64,000 nt of DNA from the NCBI GenBank assembly GCA_020633955.1, contig JACKCP010000006.1:34404-98403 (forward strand), given 5' to 3'. Below are positions 1 through 7,984 of the stretch, one piece after another (the first letter of the stretch is position 1; each line of letters begins with the position of its first letter). The notes below the pieces were generated by a model. It was not told the origin of the DNA. It saw only the letters and a program-made list of their open reading frames with translations, and did not search any database. This stretch comes from Desulfobacteraceae bacterium. GTDB taxonomy: Bacteria; Desulfobacterota; Desulfobacteria; Desulfobacterales; JACKCP01. The translations under genes and the position numbers were made by a program.

Positions 1-1563
1 CAAAGAAAAGAAGAAAAAAAAGATCACTGCCTCCCTGAAATAACTGCACTTATAAGCAGGGATCAATTCAGGGCAATAACACTTGAACCTGAAAAAACAT
101 TTATTCTTCAGGGAAGTGCCGGAAGCGGGAAAACCACCATAGGACTTCACAGAATTGCATATATGTCATATTCATACCCTGAAAAATTTCCCCCCTATAA
201 AATTCTTGTGGTAATGTACAACAAATCCCTTCAAAAATATATTGAGGGAGTTCTTCCAGACCTTGGGATCTCAGGAGGAGTAAAAACACTCACATTCCAT
301 AAATTTGCGTTTTCAATTCTTTCAAGGGAAAAATTTGTATCAAAATGGAGAAACGGAAATCCGGAAACTTATAAAATCAAAAAAAGCGGTTTTGCAGTAA
401 AACTTGTTCTGGCTTATTGTGAAAGACTTTTTGAGAAATCAATGGAATGGATTACACAAAAATTTCATGAATTTAAACTCTCAAAAGAAATCGAGACATT
501 AAACAGTGCCTCATCATTAAAAGAACTGATAAATATCATAAGGGGCTTCCAATCAATTTCAACTGATTCAATTGAAAATATAACAATTAAAAAGATTTCA
601 TCAAAACTATTGGCAAGACTTAATAACCACAATCTTGATCTTTATAAAATTTTTACGGATGAAGACCTAATCAAAACAACAGCTCAAAAGGAAAATTTTG
701 AAATTGACGAAAGGCTTTTAAGTGAGCTTGTAACCAATCAGAAAAATTTTTATGAAAACCAGGAAAGCGATTTTGCCGATATTGGAATTCTTATTTATCT
801 TCTCCAGCTAAAAGGAGTTGAATCAGCACTTCCAGGCTATTCACATATCATGGTTGATGAGGCACAGGATTTAAGTCCTGCAGAACTTGCAGCTGTAATA
901 AATGCATCTGATGAAAAAAAGTCAGTTACAATCTGCGGAGACATGGCACAAACAATTAAAAACGATGTCTACTTTGATAAAAAAAAAGGTTTTGCAGGGT
1001 TTGTGAGGGAGCTTTCATCTTCAAACAGGGCAGCTACAGCTGCAGAAACCTTAAAAGTCGGCTACAGGGCAACAAAAGAAATAATGGATTTATCATGGTA
1101 TATAATGAAGGAACAAAACCAAAATGCATCTTATTCAAGAAAAGGTGATCCTGTTTCAATAATTTCAACTTCTTCTTTTGATGAAACTGTTTTCAGAGCA
1201 AAAGCATTTATCCTGTCCACCCATTCAATGCGCCCAAACTCTTTAAGCTGCATAATATGCAAATTCAAGAAAGACGCTGACAAAATTTTTGAAGAACTTA
1301 ATAAGACTTCCGAAATTAAAGATTTAAGAAGACATGAAAAAGATGATTTTATTTTCACTCCTGGAGTTATTGTAACCAATGCACATCAGGTTAAAGGACT
1401 TGAATTTTCAAATGTTATTTTCATAAACCCCTCAGATTCTCAGTTTCAGGATAATGATCATGACAGAATGCTTCTTCACGTTGCTTTTACAAGAGCTTCT
1501 GAGAAACTTATAATAATCGGCCATGAAAAAATGGCATATAATCTTTCAGATTATAATCCTTAA
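1..1563 (+). CDS. Superfamily-1 UvrD/Rep/HelD-type DNA helicase; 5' end lies outside the window
   Basis: Frame 1 is open from base 1; the ORF track begins at an internal ATG at 163. Bases 100-160 translate to FILQGSAGSGKTTIGLHRIAY (Walker A). Later motifs are MVDEAQDLSP (II), ICGDMAQTI (III), VGYRATKEI (IV), TNAHQVKGLEFSNVIF (V) and VAFTRASEKLIIIG (VI). Confidence 0.85.
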   Translation, partial: QRKEEKKDHCLPEITALISRDQFRAITLEPEKTFILQGSAGSGKTTIGLHRIAYMSYSYPEKFPPYKILVVMYNKSLQKYIEGVLPDLGISGGVKTLTFHKFAFSILSREKFVSKWRNGNPETYKIKKSGFAVKLVLAYCERLFEKSMEWITQKFHEFKLSKEIETLNSASSLKELINIIRGFQSISTDSIENITIKKISSKLLARLNNHNLDLYKIFTDEDLIKTTAQKENFEIDERLLSELVTNQKNFYENQESDFADIGILIYLLQLKGVESALPGYSHIMVDEAQDLSPAELAAVINASDEKKSVTICGDMAQTIKNDVYFDKKKGFAGFVRELSSSNRAATAAETLKVGYRATKEIMDLSWYIMKEQNQNASYSRKGDPVSIISTSSFDETVFRAKAFILSTHSMRPNSLSCIICKFKKDADKIFEELNKTSEIKDLRRHEKDDFIFTPGVIVTNAHQVKGLEFSNVIFINPSDSQFQDNDHDRMLLHVAFTRASEKLIIIGHEKMAYNLSDYNP

Positions 1564-1564
1564 C

Positions 1565-1736
1565 GTAAGTGTTCAGTTTAAATCGGAACGGCTGCTTAAT
1601 TATTTCCAAGCCTCATCCCTGCTTAAACTCCCAAACAGGAGATAAAAAAACATCTCCTGAAACCGGATCAGAAAAAATACGGCAGCTATTCTTCAACCAA
1701 ACTGGCTTTTTTCTGAGTTTCAAGCTTAATAGTTAA
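1565..1736 (+). mobile_element. Hairpin MITE family A, copy A1 (diverged full-length copy)
   Basis: Aligns along its length with copies A2/A3/A5: gtaaGtgttcag...caggagataaaaaaacatctcctg...ctgagtttcaagcttaatagttaA. It starts 1 nt after the helicase stop codon. The flanking 8-mers (tccttaac / tcagcaac) match only 5 of 8. Confidence 0.75.
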
Positions 1737-1777
1737 TCAGCAACAAACATTAGCCGCAGGATAAAAATAACCCCGGT

Positions 1778-2383
1778 TTATTTTTTTTTCTCAATTTTTT
1801 CATAAATATCCGGATACTGGCTTTTCACACAGTCCGGACACATTCCATGGGAAAATTTTGCGTAGGACCTTTCTTCCACATACTTCTCCACATCTTCCCA
1901 GAACCCCTTGTCATCCCTTATTTTTTTACAGCAGGCACAAATTGGAATAAAACCTTTCAGGGTTTTAATCTCCTCTCTTGAGCGTTTCAGTTCAACATGG
2001 GTATTTACCCTTGCAAGAAGTTCCCTGTGGTTAAAGGGCTTTGTTATATAATCAACACCTCCTGTTTCAAAACCCTTGACAATATCATCCTCTCCAGTCT
2101 TTGCAGTAAGAAAAATAACCGGAATATTTTTTGTGATTTCGTCCTTTTTCAGAAGAGAGCATACCTCAAAACCGTCCATAACTGGCATCATTATATCAAG
2201 AAGAATAAGATCCGGCTGTTTTTCCTTTGCAAGTTTAAGTGCTGTCTGGCCGTCTCCAACAAGGGAAAGATTGTATCCGTTTTTCCCAAGAATTTTACCA
2301 ACAACCTGAAGATTTTTTGAATTATCATCAACTGCCATAACCAGAGGCTCTTTTTCATTTAATTCTGTCATGATTCCTCTCAA
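1778..2383 (-). CDS. Response regulator: receiver domain plus C-terminal Cys4 module
   Basis: Canonical REC motifs are present: VMAVDDNSKNL, PDLILLDIMMPVMDG, IFLTAK, ITKPF. The C-terminus is IPICACCKKIRDDKGFWEDVEKYVEERSYAKFSHGMCPDC. The start could instead be the ATG at 2371. The gene overlaps the stop of the upstream kinase gene. Confidence 0.85.
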   Translation of the reverse strand: MRGIMTELNEKEPLVMAVDDNSKNLQVVGKILGKNGYNLSLVGDGQTALKLAKEKQPDLILLDIMMPVMDGFEVCSLLKKDEITKNIPVIFLTAKTGEDDIVKGFETGGVDYITKPFNHRELLARVNTHVELKRSREEIKTLKGFIPICACCKKIRDDKGFWEDVEKYVEERSYAKFSHGMCPDCVKSQYPDIYEKIEKKK

Positions 2384-4823
2384 GATTTTTTTTCACATCC
2401 CTCACAAGCACCGGATAAATTTTTATTATTTCATTAAAGCCATCAATATCAAAATCCTCTGCATAGCCTTTTATATCTTTCCCATAAATTATAAAGCAGT
2501 CTGCTCTGAATTTTTCTCCTGCCTCAATAAGTTCATCTGCAAAGTCCGATACATCAGAAAAAATAAAATTATTCCTGACATCCATCCATTTATTCATCAA
2601 TACCAAATCAAATACCTCACAAAACTTTTCAAAACTGTATTCATAACTTTGACTTATCTTAAAAGAATCTTCTTCCTTAAAATATCCTGAATCCTTTTTT
2701 GTGTGAACCACAGCATTTAAATCCCTTGAATAAGGTATGAATTTTATCAGTTCAGATACAAGCAAGTCCCTTGTAAAAGGCTTTTCAAGAAACCCAGATA
2801 TCCCCTTGCTTTTAATTAATTTAACGTCTCCTGAAACTGCAATCACCATTACTTTTTTTATAAGCTGATTTTGCTCCAGATACTCAATTACGTCCATACT
2901 TTTACTGTCATTAAGATTCATATTCAAAAGAATTATATCAGGAAGTCTTTTTCTTAAAAAATTAATTGTCTGCAGTGAATCTGAAGTCTGAAAAAGTCTT
3001 ACTCCAAAAGGTTTTAAAAGATATGAAACAAGTTCCCTGTCTGAAGAATCATGGTCTGCAATGAGTATTTCAGTCTTTTTTAAAAACATAACTGATGAAA
3101 AACATTTTGAATATTTATAATTTCCAAGTTCAGACTGCTCCACAAGCGCAACATCTCTCAGCAGCACCCTGAAGCTGCTTCCAAAGCCCGCCTTTGAATC
3201 AAGGGTTATCTCTCCTTTCATCATTTCAGCAAGTTTTTTTGCAATTGCAAGCCCAAGACCTGTTCCACCATATTCCCTTGAATCCTGTCCGTTCTGCTGT
3301 GTAAATGGCTCAAAAATTTTTGAGTGCTGATCAAGAGGTATGCCTATTCCTGAATCTTTTACTTCAATTACAATATCTGCTTTTTTTATCACGCCTTCCC
3401 TGAACACCGGATATAAAAAAAGATTTACAAACCCTTTTTCTGTAAATTTAAGTGAATTGCTTAAAAGATTTACAATAATCTGCTTTACCCTCAGCTCATC
3501 AAGAAGAAGATATTTTGGAGTTGAAGGATCTATTATAAGATTGAATTCAAGTTTTTTTTCATTTGCAGTAATTTCAAGTTCAGATTTTACAATATCCAAA
3601 ATATTTCTCAAATCGCAAGGCTGATAATATATTTCAAAACGCCCTGACTCAATTTTTGACATATCAAGAATATCGTCAATAAGATTAAGAAGAGCTTTTC
3701 CTGAATTTTTAATATTTTCTATATATTTTTTTGCTCTTGGGGTTAAATCCTCTTCATTAAGGATTTCTGCAAATCCAAGGACTGAATTCATTGGAGTTCT
3801 GATTTCATGCGAAACATTGGCAAGAAATTTTGATTTTGCAGCGTCCGCCTCATGGGCTTTTTTCATGGCAGCTTCTGCTTCTTTTTTTGCACTGCCAAGC
3901 TCTATTGCTTTTTTTCTCCATGAAAGAAAAAGAAAAAGCATCAAAAAAAACAAACCAAGAGATAAAAAAAATGCTCCAATAAAAACCCGGTCTACAAAAA
4001 ATCTTTTATATTTAAATTGAATCCACTTATTATCAATCTCCTCTTTTTTTTTATCACTGATTGAATTTAAAGATTTTTCAAGAATTGACTGCAAAATCTC
4101 ATGCTTTTTGTTCACACCAAAACACAAATCATACTCATAATCTAAAATCTCGCTAACCCTCACATTTCCTATCATATTTTTTGACTTAAAATATAAAAGA
4201 ACTGGAATATTGGTTATTACTCCGTCAATTTTTCCCATGGAAAGTAAAAAAATTGATTCAAGAATATTATCTGTATATTCAATTATAATATCAGGATAAT
4301 TTTCTCTTATATACCCCTCTGCTGCATATCCTTTTATAAGACCTATTTTTTTTCTGCTCATTTTTTTTAAATGCAGATCCCTGGTGGCCTCTGAGCTTAT
4401 TACAAGAATATTTTGAACTTTTATATATGGAGAAGTGAAATTAAGATATTTTTGTCTTTCCTTTGTATTCTGTACCGAACTTATAAGATCAGCTTCATTG
4501 TTTTTCATTACATCAAGGGCTTCCTGCCAGGTTAAGGTAAAGACATATTTAAATTTAAGGCCTGTAATTTTTGATATTTCCTTTAAATAATCTGAGGCAA
4601 CACCCATATGGGCAGATTTTTTAAGATCAGTAAAATCTATTGGCGCAAAATTAGGGGCAGGAACCACCCTGATCTCTGGATTTGATTTAATCCACTCCTT
4701 TTCCATTTTTGATAAAGTGAGTTTTTTGTGATCGTCTTTAATAAAATAAATCATTAAAAAAAAGATTAAAACCAAAAGAGGAGACAATAATATAAGAATA
4801 AGCCTGAAACTTTTTTTTTCCAT
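2355..4823 (-). CDS. Hybrid sensor histidine kinase with periplasmic solute-binding (SBP family 3-like) domain, HisKA, HATPase_c, a pseudo-receiver and a C-terminal helical domain
   Basis: An N-terminal TM segment is followed by a periplasmic region (IRVVPAPNFAPIDFTD...) and a second TM segment. The H-box is FLANVSHEIRTPMNSV, and the N/G boxes are NLLSNSLKFT, DSGIGIP and GGTGLGLAIA. The receiver-like region is EILIADHD...PDIILLNMNLND. Confidence 0.85.
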   Translation of the reverse strand: MEKKSFRLILILLSPLLVLIFFLMIYFIKDDHKKLTLSKMEKEWIKSNPEIRVVPAPNFAPIDFTDLKKSAHMGVASDYLKEISKITGLKFKYVFTLTWQEALDVMKNNEADLISSVQNTKERQKYLNFTSPYIKVQNILVISSEATRDLHLKKMSRKKIGLIKGYAAEGYIRENYPDIIIEYTDNILESIFLLSMGKIDGVITNIPVLLYFKSKNMIGNVRVSEILDYEYDLCFGVNKKHEILQSILEKSLNSISDKKKEEIDNKWIQFKYKRFFVDRVFIGAFFLSLGLFFLMLFLFLSWRKKAIELGSAKKEAEAAMKKAHEADAAKSKFLANVSHEIRTPMNSVLGFAEILNEEDLTPRAKKYIENIKNSGKALLNLIDDILDMSKIESGRFEIYYQPCDLRNILDIVKSELEITANEKKLEFNLIIDPSTPKYLLLDELRVKQIIVNLLSNSLKFTEKGFVNLFLYPVFREGVIKKADIVIEVKDSGIGIPLDQHSKIFEPFTQQNGQDSREYGGTGLGLAIAKKLAEMMKGEITLDSKAGFGSSFRVLLRDVALVEQSELGNYKYSKCFSSVMFLKKTEILIADHDSSDRELVSYLLKPFGVRLFQTSDSLQTINFLRKRLPDIILLNMNLNDSKSMDVIEYLEQNQLIKKVMVIAVSGDVKLIKSKGISGFLEKPFTRDLLVSELIKFIPYSRDLNAVVHTKKDSGYFKEEDSFKISQSYEYSFEKFCEVFDLVLMNKWMDVRNNFIFSDVSDFADELIEAGEKFRADCFIIYGKDIKGYAEDFDIDGFNEIIKIYPVLVRDVKKNLERNHDRIK

Positions 4824-4961
4824 ATTTTCCCTGTATAAAAACTTGATTGATTAAAATTATCAACTTCAGTTTATATACAAATCTTATTTTTGTCATTCCA
4901 TAAAAAAACAGGGCAAAACTGCCCTGCCTTTTATGAATGAAGGTGTATTGTTTGCTTTTAC

Positions 4962-5966
4962 CTATGCTGCCGAAATATTTCTTCCCTTTTCCTTTAAAAT
5001 CTTTTTGTCTCCAAAAATATAAGGCGTAAATTTTACATACCATGCTGCTGACTGTACCTGAACAATGTATGCAGCCGCAACAACAAGAGCTGCGGTTGAA
5101 CCCTCGCTTCCAAAGGCATTTACGGCAATGGCAAGTGCAATTGAAAGATTTCTCATAACAGTTCCATAAACAAGTGCAATTCCGTCTCCTCTGTTAAGAA
5201 ACAACCTGGCAATAATTGTACTGAATAAAAAATTAACAATATAAATAACTGATACAGGCATAAGAATATAAAGAATTATTTCAGGAGAGTTTCCAATTGA
5301 TTTTGCTTTCAGGGCCATTGCAACAAAAACTATCCCGACCACACCAAGGGTGGAAAGAGCAGGAAACTTAGGTGCAAGATCAGATGAATATTTTTTCATT
5401 CCATATCTTTTAAGGAGAAATTTTCTTGTTAAAAATCCCCCAAGCATTGGGACAAATACAATAAGAATAATTTGTGTAAAAACCTGAAACACATTTATCT
5501 CAATTGCTGTTCCCATCAAAAATTTTACATAAAATGGAGTTACTGCGCTTCCTATTGCAAGACCTGCAACTGTCATTTTAACTGCTGCTTCTACATTTCC
5601 CTTTGCAAAACCAGTCCATGAGATTGTCATTCCGCTTGTTGGAACAAGTCCTGCGAGCAAAAGCCCTAAAAGCATATATGGTTTGTCCGGCCCAAAAAAA
5701 ACAAGGCCTGCAGCATATGCACCAAAAGGGAGAATCAAAAAATTAATTGCTACTGCAAAAAGCTGGGCCTTTGTATCTCCTTTTTCAAAGACTTTGCTGA
5801 TTTTTAAGTTTATCATCATGGGATAAACCATCATCACAGTCAAAGGCATAATGAATGATTTTAAAAAACCAGATTCAAAATACCAGCCAAATATAAATCC
5901 TGAAAGCATCATAAAAGGTATTGCATAGGTCAGGTGTTTTTGAATAAATGAAATCAGTTTCCACAT
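4962..5966 (-). CDS. ACR3/BASS-like (BART superfamily) permease
   Basis: 334-aa polytopic membrane protein. Motifs MVYPMMINLKISKV and LLLAGLVPTSGMTISWTGFAKGNVEAAV resemble the Acr3 / bile-acid:Na+ symporter fold families. The substrate is not inferable. Confidence 0.65.
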   Translation of the reverse strand: MWKLISFIQKHLTYAIPFMMLSGFIFGWYFESGFLKSFIMPLTVMMVYPMMINLKISKVFEKGDTKAQLFAVAINFLILPFGAYAAGLVFFGPDKPYMLLGLLLAGLVPTSGMTISWTGFAKGNVEAAVKMTVAGLAIGSAVTPFYVKFLMGTAIEINVFQVFTQIILIVFVPMLGGFLTRKFLLKRYGMKKYSSDLAPKFPALSTLGVVGIVFVAMALKAKSIGNSPEIILYILMPVSVIYIVNFLFSTIIARLFLNRGDGIALVYGTVMRNLSIALAIAVNAFGSEGSTAALVVAAAYIVQVQSAAWYVKFTPYIFGDKKILKEKGRNISAA

Positions 5967-6013
5967 TTTTTAAGTTTCCTTTTGTTTTTAATTTCGATTA
6001 ACCTTTCATGTAT

Positions 6014-6030
6014 ATTCATTTTACGTGCCA
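6014..6030 (-). promoter_or_regulatory. Candidate sigma-54 (-24/-12) promoter for the permease gene
   Basis: The minus strand reads TGGCACGTAAAATGAA against the consensus TGGCACG-N4-TTGCW. The -24 element is perfect and the -12 element is weak (ATGA). It lies ~50 nt upstream of the ATG at 5966, next to a sigma-54 activator gene. Confidence 0.4.
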
Positions 6031-6099
6031 GAATTAATATCTTCCCGAATCCTGGTTAAATTAAAAGCTATGACGGCAAAGAAATTAACTGAAAAAAAT

Positions 6100-6167
6100 T
6101 TAATTGCATCAATTAAAATAAAAAGTTAACGTTAACCAGGTAATATTAACGTAAACCTAAACGTTAA
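6100..6167. promoter_or_regulatory. Cluster of palindromic candidate activator-binding sites (UAS)
   Basis: Inverted repeat ttaattg-cat-caattaa at 6100-6116. Perfect 12-bp palindrome gttaacgttaac at 6125-6136. Two related half-palindromes, ttaacgtaaa (6146-6155) and taaacgttaa (6158-6167). All lie 70-140 bp upstream of the candidate -24/-12 promoter and just before the activator's own start. Confidence 0.35.
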
Positions 6168-6177
6168 TGGAGAAAAA

Positions 6178-7551
6178 ATGAACGATCATGACCTTTGGAC
6201 GTGCAGATATGTTAACCAGATTATTGATGCAATGGCAGATGGAGTTTTTACAATAACTCCAGATGGTAAAATAGTGTCATGGAACAAATCAATGGAAAGG
6301 ATAACAGGATATTCAAAGGAAGAAGCAAAGGGTAAGGACTGCACATTCATCCATTTTTCAAGCTGTCTTGACGGATCATGTCCAAACGGAATAAAAGACT
6401 GCGGAATACTTGACGCAACATCTGATTTTTCAAGGGAGTGCGTATTATTGTCAAAGCATAAGGAAGAAATTCCCGTACTCAAGAGAGCCAGAGTTTTATT
6501 TGATAGCAGCAGAAATATCAGTGCAATTGTTGAGACAGTAACTGATTTAAGAGAATTGAAAAAGGCAAGGCAAAAAGCTCTTGATGCACAAAATCAGCTT
6601 GCAATAAAAACGGATCTCAAAAAAAATATTATTGGCATAAGCCCGGCAATTGAAGAGCTTCTGTCAAAAATCAAGGTTGCATCAGCAAGTGATGCCAATA
6701 TTCTTATCCAGGGCGAAACCGGAACCGGTAAGGAATTATGTGCAAATGCAGTCCATTATCTTGGCAGAAGAAATGCATTTCCCTTTGTAACCTTAAACTG
6801 TTCGGCTCTTCCAGAAAATCTCCTTGAAAGTGAGCTTTTCGGCCATGTAAAAGGTTCTTTTACAGGAGCATTTAAAGACAGGAAAGGAAGATTTGAAGAG
6901 GCTGAAAACGGTACACTTTTTCTTGATGAAATTGGAGAAATTCCCCTTTCAGTTCAGGTAAAGCTTTTAAGGGCAGTCCAGGAAAGAGAAATCGAAAGGG
7001 TTGGAGATTCCAAAAAAATCAAGACAAACATAAGGATAATTGCAGCCACAAATAAAGATCTTTCAGAGCTTGTTGAAGAAAAAAAATTCAGAGAAGACCT
7101 TTATTACAGACTCAGGGTTTTTCCCATAACAATTCCCCCATTAAGAAACAGAAAAGAAGATATCCCCCTTCTTCTTGATTTTTTTATAAAAAAATTAAGA
7201 AAGGAAACAAAAAAAAATATACTCAAGGCTGACAAAAAAGCTGTAAATGCCCTGATGAACCATGACTGGCCGGGAAATGTCAGGGAACTTGAAAATGCAG
7301 TTTCTTATGCATTTGTGGTTGCAGGCCAGGAAATACTTTCAAAAGACGATTTTCCTCCAGAAACAGTCTGTTCAAGCAAAAAAAATCAAATTGCCATTCA
7401 AAGAAACCCAAAAAAACCCGATTCAAAAAAAGAGCTTTTGAAATTACTTGAAGAATGCGGCTGGAATAAGGCAGAAGCTGGAAGAAAAGCGGGGCTCAGC
7501 AGAACAACAATATGGAAATATATGAAAAAATGGGATATACCATTAAACTGA
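6178..7551 (+). CDS. Sigma-54-dependent transcriptional activator (PAS - AAA+ - Fis-type HTH)
   Basis: PAS domain at the N-terminus. AAA+ motifs are GETGTGKE (Walker A), [15 protein letters not shown] (GAFTGA loop), LFLDEIGE (Walker B) and [17 protein letters not shown]. The C-terminal HTH is [18 protein letters not shown]. Confidence 0.92.
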   Translation: MNDHDLWTCRYVNQIIDAMADGVFTITPDGKIVSWNKSMERITGYSKEEAKGKDCTFIHFSSCLDGSCPNGIKDCGILDATSDFSRECVLLSKHKEEIPVLKRARVLFDSSRNISAIVETVTDLRELKKARQKALDAQNQLAIKTDLKKNIIGISPAIEELLSKIKVASASDANILIQGETGTGKELCANAVHYLGRRNAFPFVTLNCSALPENLLESELFGHVKGSFTGAFKDRKGRFEEAENGTLFLDEIGEIPLSVQVKLLRAVQEREIERVGDSKKIKTNIRIIAATNKDLSELVEEKKFREDLYYRLRVFPITIPPLRNRKEDIPLLLDFFIKKLRKETKKNILKADKKAVNALMNHDWPGNVRELENAVSYAFVVAGQEILSKDDFPPETVCSSKKNQIAIQRNPKKPDSKKELLKLLEECGWNKAEAGRKAGLSRTTIWKYMKKWDIPLN

Positions 7552-7552
7552 A

Positions 7553-7720
7553 GTAACTGTTCAGCTCAATTTAGAACGGCTGCTGCATTCTTTCTGAGCC
7601 TCATTCTCGCTTAAGCTCCGAGGCAGGAGATAAAAAAACTATCTCCTGAAACCGGCTCAGAAAAAATACAGCATCCGTCGCCAAAACGCTTTTTTCTCAG
7701 TTTTTAAGCTGAATAGTTAC
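7553..7720 (+). mobile_element. Hairpin MITE family A, copy A2 (full length, perfect 8-bp TSD AAACTGAA)
   Basis: Termini are gtaactgttcagctcaa / ttaagctgaatagttac (inverted). The central perfect hairpin is caggagata-aaaaaaac-tatctcctg. The sequence aaactgaa is present at both 7545-7552 and 7721-7728. Confidence 0.9.
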
Positions 7721-7984
7721 AAACTGAATTTGATATTTTGCCTGTTCGGGGCTAAAGTGAGTGCATAAAATTGACCTCAGGCTGTTTTGCAATATTAAAG
7801 AATGGCCTGAATACGGATTAACCGGAAGCAAAGCTTTTTAGTTCAGCAGGTAAATACTCAATTAAAAAAAACTTGCTGATATATCAGATAAAAGTTTAAT
7901 AAAATGCCTGGCCTGCACTGAATATGACTGATTTTAAAATCGTTCAATCAGGGCTTATTTGATATTTTTTAATTTCTGTTTTTT

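Noticed and set aside
7875-7886. Perfect 12-bp palindrome ctgatatatcag upstream of the giant kinase gene.
   Set aside because: It is a single occurrence in very AT-rich DNA with no second site or associated regulator, so it is too weak to call an operator.
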